A stretch of DNA of 64,000 nucleotides from Auanema rhodensis (lineage: Eukaryota > Animalia > Nematoda), in the NCBI GenBank assembly GCA_964057225.1, contig OZ059899.1, positions 15,314,001 to 15,378,000 on the forward strand. The letters run 5' to 3'. The notes under the pieces were generated by a model. That model had not been told where the DNA came from and ran no database searches. It saw only the letters and a program-made list of their open reading frames with translations. A program made the position numbers and the translations under genes. Below, in pieces: positions 27,061 to 42,000 of this stretch. Position 1 is the first letter of the stretch; every line of letters starts with the position of its first letter.

Positions 27061-30000
27061 AAGAATCGATGCTTCAAAATACGGCAGTAGTCACGCTGTG
27101 TCTTCTGAATGTTCGCATTTCTCCAAGACCATCATCGAAAATCAAATAAAAATACTTTGAGGTGGGGTATTCAGATGTGTAGATTCTGAATCTCCTAGTG
27201 AGATTTGGCTAGGACTTCTCGTGTTTCCGGAAAAACGGTTTATATCGACCCCATCCACAAGAATTGTTCACAAAAAAGTTCAGGCTGTGGACACGTTGTG
27301 TCCGGTGAATGTTCGCTTTGCTCCAAGACCATCATCGAAAATGAAATAAAAATACTTTGAGGTGGGGTATTCAGATGTGTAGATTCTGAATCTCCTAGTG
27401 AGATTTGGCTAGGACTTCTCCTGTTTCCGGAAAAACGGTTTATATCGACCCCATCCACAAGAATTGTTCACAAAAAAGTTCAGGCTGTGGACACGTTGTG
27501 TCCGGTGAATGTTCGCTTTGCTCCAAAACCATCATCGAAAATTAAATGAAAATACTTTGAGGTGGGGTATTCAGATGTGTAGATTCTGAATCTCCTAGTG
27601 AGATTTGGCTAGGACTTCTCCTGTTTCCGGAAAAACGGTTTATATCGACCCCATCCACAAGAATTGTTCACAAAAAAGTTCAGGCTGTGGACACGTTGTG
27701 TCCTGTGAATGTTCGCTTTGCACCAAGACCATCATCGAAAATTAAATGAAAATACTTTGAGGTGGGGTATTCAGATGTGTAGATTCTGAATCTCCTAGTG
27801 AGATTTGGCTAGGACTTCTCGTGCTTCCGGAAAAACGGTTTATATCGACCCCATCCACAAGATTTGTTCACAAAAAAGTTCAGGCTGTGGACACGTTGTG
27901 TCCGGTGAATGTTCGCTTTGCTCCAAGACCATCATCGAAAATTAAATGAAAATACTTTGAGGTGGGGTATTCAGATGTGTAGATTCTGAATCTCCTAGTG
28001 AGATTTGGCTAAGACTTCTCGTGCTTCCGGAAAAACGGTTTATTTCGACCCCATCCACAAGAATTGTTCACAAAAAATTTCAGGCTGTGGACACGTTGTG
28101 TCCGGTGAATGTTCGCTTTGCTCCAAGACCATCATCGAAAATTAAATGAAAATACTTTGAGGTTGGGTATTCAGATGTGTAGATTCTGAATCTCCTAGTG
28201 AGATTTGGCTAGGACTTCTCGTGCTTCCGGAAAAACGGTTTATATCGACCCCATCCACAAGATTTGTTCACAAAAAAGTTCAGGCTGTGGACACGTTGTG
28301 TCCGGTGAATGTTCGCTTTGCTCCAAGACCATCATCGAAAATTAAATGAAAATACTTTGAGGTGGGGTATTCAGATGTGTAGATTCTGAATCTCCTAGTG
28401 AGATTTGGCTAAGACTTCTCGTGCTTCCGGAAAAACGGTTTATTTCGACCCCATCCACAAGAATTGTTCACAAAAAATTTCAGGCTGTGGACACGTTGTG
28501 TCCGGTGAATGTTCGCTTTGCTCCAAGACCATCATCGAAAATTAAATGAAAATACTTTGAGGTGGGGTATTCAGATGTGTAGATTCTGAATCTCCTAGTG
28601 AGATTTGGCTAAGACTTCTCGTGCTTCCGGAAAAACGGTTTATTTCGACCCCATCCACAAGAATTGTTCACAAAAAATTTCAGGCTGTGGACACGTTGTG
28701 TCCGGTGAATGTTCGCTTTGCTCCAAGACCATCATCGAAAATTAAATGAAAATACTTTGAGGTTGGGTATTCAGATGTGTAGATTCTGAATCTCCTAGTG
28801 AGATTTGGCTAGGACTTCTCGTGTTTCCGGAAAAACGGTTTATATCGACCCCATCCACAAGAATTGTTCACAAAAAATTTCAGGCTGTGGACACGTTGTG
28901 TCCGGTGAATGTTCGCTTTGCTCCAAGACCATCATCGAAAATTAAATGAAAATACTTTGAGGTGGGGTATTCAGATGTGTAGATTCTGAATCTCCTAGTG
29001 AGATTTGGCTAGGACTTCTCGTGCTTCCGGAAAAACGGTTTATATCGACCCCATCCACAAGATTTGTTCACAAAAAAATTCAGGCTGTGGACACGTTGTG
29101 TCCGGTGAATGTTCGCTTTGCTCCAAGACCATCATCGAAAATTAAATGAAAATACTTTGAGGTGGGGTATTCAGATGTGTAGATTCTGAATCTCCTAGTG
29201 AGATTTGGCTAGGACTTCTCGTGTTTCCGGAAAAACGGTTTATATCGACCCCATCCACAAGAATTGTTCACAAAAAATTTCAGGCTGTGGACACGTTGTG
29301 TCCGGTGAATGTTCGCTTTGCTCCAAGACCATCATCGAAAATTAAATGAAAATACTTTGAGGTAGGGTATTCAGATGTGTAGATTCTGAATCTCCTAGTG
29401 AGATTTGGCTAGGACTTCTCGTGTTTCCGGAAAAACGGTTTATATCCACCCCATCCACAAGAATTGTTCACAAAAAAGTTCAGGCTGTGGACACGTTGTG
29501 TCCGGTGAATGTTCGCTTTGCTCCTAGACCATCATCGAAAATCAAATAAAAATACTTTGAGGTGGGGTATTCAGATGTGTAGATTCTGAATCTCCTAGTG
29601 AGATTTGGCTAGGACTTCTCGTGTTTCCGGAAAAACGGTTTATATCGACCCCATCCACAAGATTTGTTCACAAAAAAGTTCAGGCTGTGGACACGTTGTG
29701 TCCGGTGAATGTTCGCTTTGCTCCAAGACCATCATCGAAAATTAAATGAAAATACTTTGAGGTGGGGTATTCAGATGTGTAGATTCTGAATCTCCTAGTG
29801 AGATTTGGCTAGGACTTCTCGTGTTTCCGGAAAAACGGTTTATATCGACCCCATCCACAAGAATTGTTCACAAAAAATTTCAGGCTGTGGACACGTTGTG
29901 TCCGGTGAATGTTCGCTTTGCTCCAAGACCATCATCGAAAATCAAATGAAAATACTTTGAGGTGGGGTATTCAGATGTGTAGATTCTGAATCTTCTAGTG

Positions 30001-33000
30001 AGATTTGGCTAGGACTTCTCGTGTTTCCGCAAAAACGGTTTATATCGACCCCATCCACAAGAATTGTTCACAAAAAATTTCAGGCTGTGGACACGTTGTG
30101 TCCGGTGAATGTTCGCTTTGCTCCAAGACCATCATCGAAAATCAAATGAAAATACTTTGAGGTGGGGTATTCAGATGTGTAGATTCTGAATCTTCTAGTG
30201 AGATTTGGCTAGGACTTCTCGTGTTTCCGCAAAAACGGTTTATATCGACCCCATCCACAAGAATTGTTCACAAAAAAGTTCAGGCTGTGGACACGTTGTG
30301 TCCGGTGAATGTTCGCTTTGCTCCAAGACCATCATCGAAAATCAAATGAAAATACTTTGAGGTGGGGTATTCAGATGTGTAGATTCTGAATCTTCTAGTG
30401 AGATTTGGCTAGGACTTCTCGTGTTTCCGCAAAAACGGTTTATATCGACCCCATCCACAAGAATTGTTCACAAAAAAGTTCAGGCTGTGGACACGTTGTG
30501 TCCGGTGAATGTTCGCTTTGCTCCAAGACCATCATCGAAAATCAAATGAAAATACTTTGAGGTGGGGTATTCAGATGTGTAGATTCTGAATCTTCTAGTG
30601 AGATTTGGCTAGGACTTCTCGTGTTTCCGCAAAAACGGTTTATATCGACCCCATCCACAAGAATTGTTCACAAAAAAGTTCAGGCTGTGGACACGTTGTG
30701 TCCTGTGAATGTTCGCTTTGCTCCAAGAACATCATCGAAAATCAAATGAAAATACTTTGAGGTGGGGTATTCAGATTTGTAGATTCTGAATCTCCTAGTG
30801 AGATTTGGCTAGGACTTCTCGTGTTTCCGGAAAAACGGTTTATATCGACCCCATCCACAAGAATTGTTCACAAAAAAGTTCAGGCTGTGGACACGTTGTG
30901 TCCTGTGAATGTTCGCTTTGCTCCAAGAACATCATCGAAAATCAAATGAAAATACTTTGAGGTGGGGTATTCAGATTTGTAGATTCTGAATCTCCTAGTG
31001 AGATTTGGCTAGGACTTCTCGTGTTTCCGCAAAAACGGTTTATATCGACCCCATCCACAAGAATTGTTCACAAAAAAGTTCAGGCTGTGGACACGTTGTG
31101 TCCTGTGAATGTTCGCTTTGCTCCAAGAACATCATCGAAAATCAAATGAAAATACTTTGAGGTGGGGTATTCAGATTTGTAGATTCTGAATCTCCTAGTG
31201 AGATTTGGCTAGGACTTCTCGTGTTTCCGGAAAAACGGTTTATATCGACCCCATCCACAAGAATTGTTCACAAAAAAGTTCAGGCTGTGGACACGTTGTG
31301 TCCTGTGAATGTTCGCTTTGCTCCAAGAACATCATCGAAAATCAAATGAAAATACTTTGAGGTGGGGTATTCAGATTTGTAGATTCTGAATCTCCTAGTG
31401 AGATTTGGCTAGGACTTCTCGTGTTTCCGCAAAAACGGTTTATATCGACCCCATCCACAAGAATTGTTCACAAAAAAGTTCAGGCTGTGGACACGTTGTG
31501 TCCTGTGAATGTTCGCTTTGCTCCAAGAACATCATCGAAAATCAAATGAAAATACTTTGAGGTGGGGTATTCAGATTTGTAGATTCTGAATCTCCTAGTG
31601 AGATTTGGCTAGGACTTCTCGTGTTTCCGGAAAAACGGTTTATATCGACCCCATCCACAAGAATTGTTCACAAAAAAGTTCAGGCTGTGGACACGTTGTG
31701 TCCTGTGAATGTTCGCTTTGCTCCAAGAACATCATCGAAAATCAAATGAAAATACTTTGAGGTGGGGTATTCAGATTTGTAGATTCTGAATCTCCTAGTG
31801 AGATTTGGCTAGGACTTCTCGTGTTTCCGGAAAAACGGTTTATATCGACCCCATCCACAAGAATTGTTCACAAAAAAGTTCAGGCTGTGGACACGTTGTG
31901 TCCTGTGAATGTTCGCTTTGCTCCAAGAACATCATCGAAAATCAAATGAAAATACTTTGAGGTGGGGTATTCAGATTTGTAGATTCTGAATCTCCTAGTG
32001 AGATTTGGCTAGGACTTCTCGTGTTTCCGCAAAAACGGTTTATATCGACCCCATCCACAAGAATTGTTCACAAAAAAGTTCAGGCTGTGGACACGTTGTG
32101 TCCTGTGAATGTTCGCTTTGCTCCAAGAACATCATCGAAAATCAAATGAAAATACTTTGAGGTGGGGTATTCAGATTTGTAGATTCTGAATCTCCTAGTG
32201 AGATTTGGCTAGGACTTCTCGTGTTTCCGCAAAAACGGTTTATATCGACCCCATCCACAAGAATTGTTCACAAAAAAGTTCAGGCTGTGGACACGTTGTG
32301 TCCTGTGAATGTTCGCTTTGCTCCAAGAACATCATCGAAAATCAAATGAAAATACTTTGAGGTGGGGTATTCAGATTTGTAGATTCTGAATCTCCTAGTG
32401 AGATTTGGCTAGGACTTCTCGTGTTTCCGGAAAAACGGTTTATATCGACCCCATCCACAAGAATTGTTCACAAAAAAGTTCAGGCTGTGGACACGTTGTG
32501 TCCTGTGAATGTTCGCTTTGCTCCAAGAACATCATCGAAAATCAAATGAAAATACTTTGAGGTGGGGTATTCAGATTTGTAGATTCTGAATCTCCTAGTG
32601 AGATTTGGCTAGGACTTCTCGTGTTTCCGGAAAAACGGTTTATATCGACCCCATCCACAAGAATTGTTCACAAAAAAGTTCAGGCTGTGGACACGTTGTG
32701 TCCTGTGAATGTTCGCTTTGCTCCAAGAACATCATCGAAAATCAAATGAAAATACTTTGAGGTGGGGTATTCAGATTTGTAGATTCTGAATCTCCTAGTG
32801 AGATTTGGCTAGGACTTCTCGTGTTTCCGGAAAAACGGTTTATATCGACCCCATCCACAAGAATTGTTCACAAAAAAGTTCAGGCTGTGGACACGTTGTG
32901 TCCTGTGAATGTTCGCTTTGCTCCAAGAACATCATCGAAAATCAAATGAAAATACTTTGAGGTGGGGTATTCAGATTTGTAGATTCTGAATCTCCTAGTG

Positions 33001-36000
33001 AGATTTGGCTAGGACTTCTCGTGTTTCCGCAAAAACGGTTTATATCGACCCCATCCACAAGAATTGTTCACAAAAAAGTTCAGGCTGTGGACACGTTGTG
33101 TCCTGTGAATGTTCGCTTTGCTCCAAGAACATCATCGAAAATCAAATGAAAATACTTTGAGGTGGGGTATTCAGATTTGTAGATTCTGAATCTCCTAGTG
33201 AGATTTGGCTAGGACTTCTCGTGTTTCCGCAAAAACGGTTTATATCGACCCCATCCACAAGAATTGTTCACAAAAAAGTTCAGGCTGTGGACACGTTGTG
33301 TCCTGTGAATGTTCGCTTTGCTCCAAGAACATCATCGAAAATCAAATGAAAATACTTTGAGGTGGGGTATTCAGATTTGTAGATTCTGAATCTCCTAGTG
33401 AGATTTGGCTAGGACTTCTCGTGTTTCCGGAAAAACGGTTTATATCGACCCCATCCACAAGAATTGTTCACAAAAAAGTTCAGGCTGTGGACACGTTGTG
33501 TCCTGTGAATGTTCGCTTTGCTCCAAGAACATCATCGAAAATCAAATGAAAATACTTTGAGGTGGGGTATTCAGATTTGTAGATTCTGAATCTCCTAGTG
33601 AGATTTGGCTAGGACTTCTCGTGTTTCCGGAAAAACGGTTTATATCGACCCCATCCACAAGAATTGTTCACAAAAAAGTTCAGGCTGTGGACACGTTGTG
33701 TCCTGTGAATGTTCGCTTTGCTCCAAGAACATCATCGAAAATCAAATGAAAATACTTTGAGGTGGGGTATTCAGATTTGTAGATTCTGAATCTCCTAGTG
33801 AGATTTGGCTAGGACTTCTCGTGTTTCCGCAAAAACGGTTTATATCGACCCCATCCACAAGAATTGTTCACAAAAAAGTTCAGGCTGTGGACACGTTGTG
33901 TCCTGTGAATGTTCGCTTTGCTCCAAGAACATCATCGAAAATCAAATGAAAATACTTTGAGGTGGGGTATTCAGATTTGTAGATTCTGAATCTCCTAGTG
34001 AGATTTGGCTAGGACTTCTCGTGTTTCCGCAAAAACGGTTTATATCGACCCCATCCACAAGAATTGTTCACAAAAAAGTTCAGGCTGTGGACACGTTGTG
34101 TCCTGTGAATGTTCGCTTTGCTCCAAGAACATCATCGAAAATCAAATGAAAATACTTTGAGGTGGGGTATTCAGATTTGTAGATTCTGAATCTCCTAGTG
34201 AGATTTGGCTAGGACTTCTCGTGTTTCCGCAAAAACGGTTTATATCGACCCCATCCACAAGAATTGTTCACAAAAAAGTTCAGGCTGTGGACACGTTGTG
34301 TCCTGTGAATGTTCGCTTTGCTCCAAGAACATCATCGAAAATCAAATGAAAATACTTTGAGGTGGGGTATTCAGATTTGTAGATTCTGAATCTCCTAGTG
34401 AGATTTGGCTAGGACTTCTCGTGTTTCCGGAAAAACGGTTTATATCGACCCCATCCACAAGAATTGTTCACAAAAAAGTTCAGGCTGTGGACACGTTGTG
34501 TCCTGTGAATGTTCGCTTTGCTCCAAGAACATCATCGAAAATCAAATGAAAATACTTTGAGGTGGGGTATTCAGATTTGTAGATTCTGAATCTCCTAGTG
34601 AGATTTGGCTAGGACTTCTCGTGTTTCCGGAAAAACGGTTTATATCGACCCCATCCACAAGAATTGTTCACAAAAAAGTTCAGGCTGTGGACACGTTGTG
34701 TCCTGTGAATGTTCGCTTTGCTCCAAGAACATCATCGAAAATCAAATGAAAATACTTTGAGGTGGGGTATTCAGATTTGTAGATTCTGAATCTCCTAGTG
34801 AGATTTGGCTAGGACTTCTCGTGTTTCCGGAAAAACGGTTTATATCGACCCCATCCACAAGAATTGTTCACAAAAAAGTTCAGGCTGTGGACACGTTGTG
34901 TCCGGTGAATGTTCGCTTTGCTCCAAGACCATCATCGAAAATTAAATGAAAATACTTTGAGGTTGGGTATTCAGATGTGTAGATTCTGAATCTCCTAGTG
35001 AGATTTGGCTAGGACTTCTTGTGTTTCCGGAAAAACGGTTTATATCGACCCCATCCACAAGAATTGTTCACAAAAAAGTTCAGGCTGTGGACACGTTGTG
35101 TCCTGTGAATGTTCGCTTTGCTCCAAGAACATCATCGAAAATCAAATGAAAATACTTTGAGGTGGGGTATTCAGATTTGTAGATTCTGAATCTCCTAGTG
35201 AGATTTGGCTAGGACTTCTCGTGTTTCCGGAAAAACGGTTTATATCGACCCCATCCACAAGAATTGTTCACAAAAAAGTTCAGGCTGTGGACACGTTGTG
35301 TCCGGTGAATGTTCGCTTTGCTCCAAGAACATCATCGAAAATCAAATGAAAATACTTTGAGGTGGGGTATTCAGATGTGTAGATTCTGAATCTCCTAATC
35401 AGATTTGGCTAGGACTTCTCGTGTTTCCGGAAAAACGGTTTATATCGACCCCATCCACAAGAATTGTTCACAAAAAAGTTCAGGCTGTGGACACGTTGTG
35501 TCCGGTGAATGTTCGCTTTGCTCCAAGAACATCATCGAAAATCAAATAAAAATACTTTGAGGTGGGGTATTCAGATGTGTAGATTCTGAATCTCCTAGTG
35601 AGATTTGGCTAGGACTTCTCGTGTTTCCGCAAAAACGGTTTATATCGACCCCATCCACAAGAATTGTTCACAAAAAAGTTCAGGCTGTGGACACGTTGTG
35701 TCCGGTGAATGTTCGCTTTGCTCCAAGAACATCATCGAAAATCAAATGAAAATACTTTGAGGTGGGGTATTCAGATTTGTAGATTCTGAATCTCCTAGTG
35801 AGATTTGGCTAGGACTTCTCGTGTTTCCGCAAAAACGGTTTATATCGACCCCATCCACAAGAATTGTTCACAAAAAAGTTCAGGCTGTGGACACGTTGTG
35901 TCCTGTGAATGTTCGCTTTGCTCCAAGAACATCATCGAAAATCAAATGAAAATACATTGAGGTGGGGTATTCAGATTTGTAGATTCTGAATCTCCTAGTG

Positions 36001-39000
36001 AGATTTGGCTAGGACTTCTCGTGTTTCCGGAAAAACGGTTTATATCGACCCCATCCACAAGAATTGTTCACAAAAAAGTTCAGGCTGTGGACACGTTGTG
36101 TCCGGTGAATGTTCGCTTTGCTCCAAGAACATCATCGAAAATCAAATGAAAATACTTTGAGGTGGGGTATTCAGATGTGTAGATTCTGAATCTCCTAATC
36201 AGATTTGGCTAGGACTTCTCGTGTTTCCGGAAAAACGGTTTATATCGACCCCATCCACAAGAATTGTTCACAAAAAAGTTCAGGCTGTGGACACGTTGTG
36301 TCCGGTGAATGTTCGCTTTGCTCCAAGAACATCATCGAAAATCAAATAAAAATACTTTGAGGTGGGGTATTCAGATGTGTAGATTCTGAATCTCCTAGTG
36401 AGATTTGGCTAGGACTTCTCGTGTTTCCGCAAAAACGGTTTATATCGACCCCATCCACAAGAATTGTTCACAAAAAAGTTCAGGCTGTGGACACGTTGTG
36501 TCCGGTGAATGTTCGCTTTGCTCCAAGAACATCATCGAAAATCAAATGAAAATACTTTGAGGTGGGGTATTCAGATTTGTAGATTCTGAATCTCCTAGTG
36601 AGATTTGGCTAGGACTTCTCGTGTTTCCGCAAAAACGGTTTATATCGACCCCATCCACAAGAATTGTTCACAAAAAAGTTCAGGCTGTGGACACGTTGTG
36701 TCCTGTGAATGTTCGCTTTGCTCCAAGAACATCATCGAAAATCAAATGAAAATACATTGAGGTGGGGTATTCAGATTTGTAGATTCTGAATCTCCTAGTG
36801 AGATTTGGCTAGGACTTCTCGTGTTTCCGGAAAAACGGTTTATATCGACCCCATCCACAAGAATTGTTCACAAAAAAGTTCAGGCTGTGGACACGTTGTG
36901 TCCTGTGAATGTTCGCTTTGCTCCAAGAACATCATCGAAAATCAAATGAAAATACTTTGAGGTGGGGTATTCAGATTTGTAGATTCTGAATCTCCTAGTG
37001 AGATTTGGCTAGGACTTCTCGTGTTTCCGCAAAAACGGTTTATATCGACCCCATCCACAAGAATTGTTCACAAAAAAGTTCAGGCTGTGGACACGTTGTG
37101 TCCGGTGAATGTTCGCTTTGCTCCTAGACCATCATCGAAAATCAAATAAAAATACTTTGAGGTGGGGTATTCAGATGTGTAGATTCTGAATCTCCTAATC
37201 AGATTTGGCTAGGACTTCTCCTGTTTCCGGAAAAACGGTTTATATCGACCCCATCCACAAAAATTGTTCACAAAAAAGTTCAGGCTGTGGACACGTTGTG
37301 TCCTGTGAATGTTCGCTTTGCTCCAAGAACATCATCGAAAATCAAATGAAAATACTTTGAGGTGGGGTATTCAGATTTGTAGATTCTGAATCTCCTAGTG
37401 AGATTTGGCTAGGACTTCTCGTGTTTCCGGAAAAACGGTTTATATCGACCCCATCCACAAGAATTGTTCACAAAAAAGTTCAGGCTGTGGACACGTTGTG
37501 TCCTGTGAATGTTCGCTTTGCTCCAAGAACATCATCGAAAATCAAATGAAAATACTTTGAGGTGGGGTATTCAGATTTGTAGATTCTGAATCTCCTAGTG
37601 AGATTTGGCTAGGACTTCTCGTGTTTCCGGAAAAACGGTTTATATCGACCCCATCCACAAGAATTGTTCACAAAAAAGTTCAGGCTGTGGACACGTTGTG
37701 TCCGGTGAATGTTCGCTTTGCTCCAAGACCATCATCGAAAATTAAATGAAAATACTTTGAGGTTGGGTATTCAGATGTGTAGATTCTGAATCTCCTAGTG
37801 AGATTTGGCTAGGACTTCTCGTGTTTCCGGAAAAACGGTTTATATCGACCCCATCCACAAGAATTGTTCACAAAAAAGTTCAGGCTGTGGACACGTTGTG
37901 TCCGGTGAATGTTCGCTTTGCTCCAAGACCATCATCGAAAATCAAATGAAAATACTTTGAGGTGGGGTATTCAGATTTGTAGATTCTGAATCTCCTAGTG
38001 AGATTTGGCTAGGACTTCTCGTGTTTCCGGAAAAACGGTTTATATCGACCCCATCCACAAGAATTGTTCACAAAAAAGTTCAGGCTGTGGACACGTTGTG
38101 TCCGGTGAATGTTCGCTTTGCTCCAAGACCATCATCGAAAATCAAATGAAAATACTTTGAGGTGGGGTATTCAGATTTGTAGATTCTGAATCTCCTAGTG
38201 AGATTTGGCTAGGACTTCTCGTGTTTCCGGAAAAACGGTTTATATCGACCCCATCCACAAGAATTGTTCACAAAAAAGTTCAGGCTGTGGACACGTTGTG
38301 TCCGGTGAATGTTCGCTTTGCTCCAAGACCATCATCGAAAATCAAATGAAAATACTTTGAGGTGGGGTATTCAGATTTGTAGATTCTGAATCTCCTAGTG
38401 AGATTTGGCTAGGACTTCTCGTGTTTCCGGAAAAACGGTTTATATCGACCCCATCCACAAGAATTGTTCACAAAAAAGTTCAGGCTGTGGACACGTTGTG
38501 TCCTGTGAATGTTCGCTTTGCTCCAAGAACATCATCGAAAATCAAATGAAAAAACTTTGAGATGGGGTATTCAGATTTGTAGATTCTGAATCTCCTAGTG
38601 AGATTTGGCTAGGACTTCTCGTGTTTCCGGAAAAACGGTTTATATCGACCCCATCCACAAGAATTGTTCACAAAAAAGTTCAGGCTGTGGACACGTTGTG
38701 TCCGGTGAATGTTCGCTTTGCTCCAAGACCATCATCGAAAATTAAATGAAAATACTTTGAGGTTGGGTATTCAGATGTGTAGATTCTGAATCTCCTAGTG
38801 AGATTTGGCTAGGACTTCTCGTGTTTCCGGAAAAACGGTTTATATCGACCCCATCCACAAGAATTGTTCACAAAAAAGTTCAGGCTGTGGACACGTTGTG
38901 TCCGGTGAATGTTCGCTTTGCTCCAAGACCATCATCGAAAATCAAATGAAAATACTTTGAGGTGGGGTATTCAGATGTGTAGATTCTGAATCTTCTAGTG

Positions 39001-42000
39001 AGATTTGGCTAGGACTTCTCGTGTTTCCGCAAAAACGGTTTATATCGACCCCATCCACAAGATTTGTTCACAAAAAAGTTCAGGCTGTGGACACGTTGTG
39101 TCCGGTGAATGTTCGCTTTGCTCCAAGACCATCATCGAAAATTAAATGAAAATACTTTGAGGTTGGGTATTCAGATGTGTAGATTCTGAATCTTCTAGTG
39201 AGATTTGGCTAGGACTTCTCGTGTTTCCGCAAAAACGGTTTATATCGACCCCATCCACAAGATTTGTTCACAAAAAAGTTCAGGCTGTGGACACGTTGTG
39301 TCCTGTGAATGTTCGCTTTGCTCCAAGAACATCATCGAAAATCAAATGAAAATACTTTGAGGTGGGGTATTCAGATTTGTAGATTCTGAATCTCCTAGTG
39401 AGATTTGGCTAGGACTTCTCGTGTTTCCGGAAAAACGGTTTATATCGACCCCATCCACAAGAATTGTTCACAAAAAAGTTCAGGCTGTGGACACGTTGTG
39501 TCCTGTGAATGTTCGCTTTGCTCCAAGAACATCATCGAAAATCAAATGAAAATACTTTGAGGTGGGGTATTCAGATTTGTAGATTCTGAATCTCCTAGTG
39601 AGATTTGGCTAGGACTTCTCGTGTTTCCGGAAAAACGGTTTATATCGACCCCATCCACAAGAATTGTTCACAAAAAAGTTCAGGCTGTGGACACGTTGTG
39701 TCCTGTGAATGTTCGCTTTGCTCCAAGAACATCATCGAAAATCAAATGAAAATACTTTGAGGTGGGGTATTCAGATTTGTAGATTCTGAATCTCCTAGTG
39801 AGATTTGGCTAGGACTTCTCGTGTTTCCGGAAAAACGGTTTTTATCGACCCCATCCACAAGAATTGTTCACAAAAAAGTTCAGGCTGTGGACACGTTGTG
39901 TCCGGTGAATGTTCGCTTTGCTCCAAGACCATCATCGAAAATCAAATGAAAATACTTTGAGGTGGGGTATTCAGATGTGTAGATTCTGAATCTCCTAGTG
40001 AGATTTGGCTAGGACTTCTCGTGTTTCCGGAAAAACGGTTTATATCGACCCCATCCACAAGAATTGTTCACAAAAAAGTTCAGGCTGTGGACACGTTGTG
40101 TCCGGTGAATGTTCGCTTTGCTCCAAGACCATCATCGAAAATCAAATGAAAATACTTTGAGGTGGGGTATTCAGATGTGTAGATTCTGAATCTCCTAGTG
40201 AGATTTGGCTAGGACTTCTCGTGTTTCCGGAAAAACGGTTTATATCGACCCCATCCACAAGAATTGTTCACAAAAAAGTTCAGGCTGTGGACACGTTGTG
40301 TCCGGTGAATGTTCGCTTTGCTCCAAGAACATCATCGAAAATCAAATGAAAATACTTTGAGGTGGGGTATTCAGATGTGTAGATTCTGAATCTCCTAGTG
40401 AGATTTGGCTAGGACTTCTCGTGTTTCCGGAAAAACGGTTTATATCGACCCCATCCACAAGAATTGTTCACAAAAAAGTTCAGGCTGTGGACACGTTGTG
40501 TCCTGTGAATGTTCGCTTTGCTCCAAGAACATCATCGAAAATCAAATGAAAATACTTTGAGGTGGGGTATTCAGATTTGTAGATTCTGAATCTCCTAGTG
40601 AGATTTGGCTAGGACTTCTCGTGTTTCCGGAAAAACGGTTTTTATCGACCCCATCCACAAGAATTGTTCACAAAAAAGTTCAGGCTGTGGACACGTTGTG
40701 TCCGGTGAATGTTCGCTTTGCTCCAAGACCATCATCGAAAATCAAATGAAAATACTTTGAGGTGGGGTATTCAGATGTGTAGATTCTGAATCTCCTAGTG
40801 AGATTTGGCTAGGACTTCTCGTGTTTCCGGAAAAACGGTTTATATCGACCCCATCCACAAGAATTGTTCACAAAAAAGTTCAGGCTGTGGACACGTTGTG
40901 TCCGGTGAATGTTCGCTTTGCTCCAAGACCATCATCGAAAATCAAATGAAAATACTTTGAGGTGGGGTATTCAGATTTGTAGATTCTGAATCTCCTAGTG
41001 AGATTTGGCTAGGACTTCTCGTGTTTCCGGAAAAACGGTTTATATCGACCCCATCCACAAGAATTGTTCACAAAAAAGTTCAGGCTGTGGACACGTTGTG
41101 TCCGGTGAATGTTCGCTTTGCTCCAAGACCATCATCGAAAATTAAATGAAAATACTTTGAGGTTGGGTATTCAGATGTGTAGATTCTGAATCTCCTAGTG
41201 AGATTTGGCTAGGACTTCTTGTGTTTCCGGAAAAACGGTTTATATCGACCCCATCCACAAGAATTGTTCACAAAAAAGTTCAGGCTGTGGACACGTTGTG
41301 TCCTGTGAATGTTCGCTTTGCTCCAAGAACATCATCGAAAATCAAATGAAAATACTTTGAGGTGGGGTATTCAGATTTGTAGATTCTGAATCTCCTAGTG
41401 AGATTTGGCTAGGACTTCTCGTGTTTCCGGAAAAACGGTTTATATCGACCCCATCCACAAGAATTGTTCACAAAAAAGTTCAGGCTGTGGACACGTTGTG
41501 TCCTGTGAATGTTCGCTTTGCTCCAAGAACATCATCGAAAATCAAATGAAAATACTTTGAGGTGGGGTATTCAGATTTGTAGATTCTGAATCTCCTAGTG
41601 AGATTTGGCTAGGACTTCTCGTGTTTCCGCAAAAACGGTTTATATCGACCCCATCCACAAGAATTGTTCACAAAAAAGTTCAGGCTGTGGACACGTTGTG
41701 TCCGGTGAATGTTCGCTTTGCTCCTAGACCATCATCGAAAATCAAATAAAAATACTTTGAGGTGGGGTATTCAGATGTGTAGATTCTGAATCTCCTAGTG
41801 AGATTTGGCTAGGACTTCTCGTGTTTCCGGAAAAACGGTTTATATCGACCCCATCCACAAGAATTGTTCACAAAAAAGTTCAGGCTGTGGACACGTTGTG
41901 TCCGGTGAATGTTCGCTTTGCTCCAAGAACATCATCGAAAATCAAATGAAAATACTTTGAGGTGGGGTATTCAGATTTGTAGATTCTGAATCTCCTAGTG

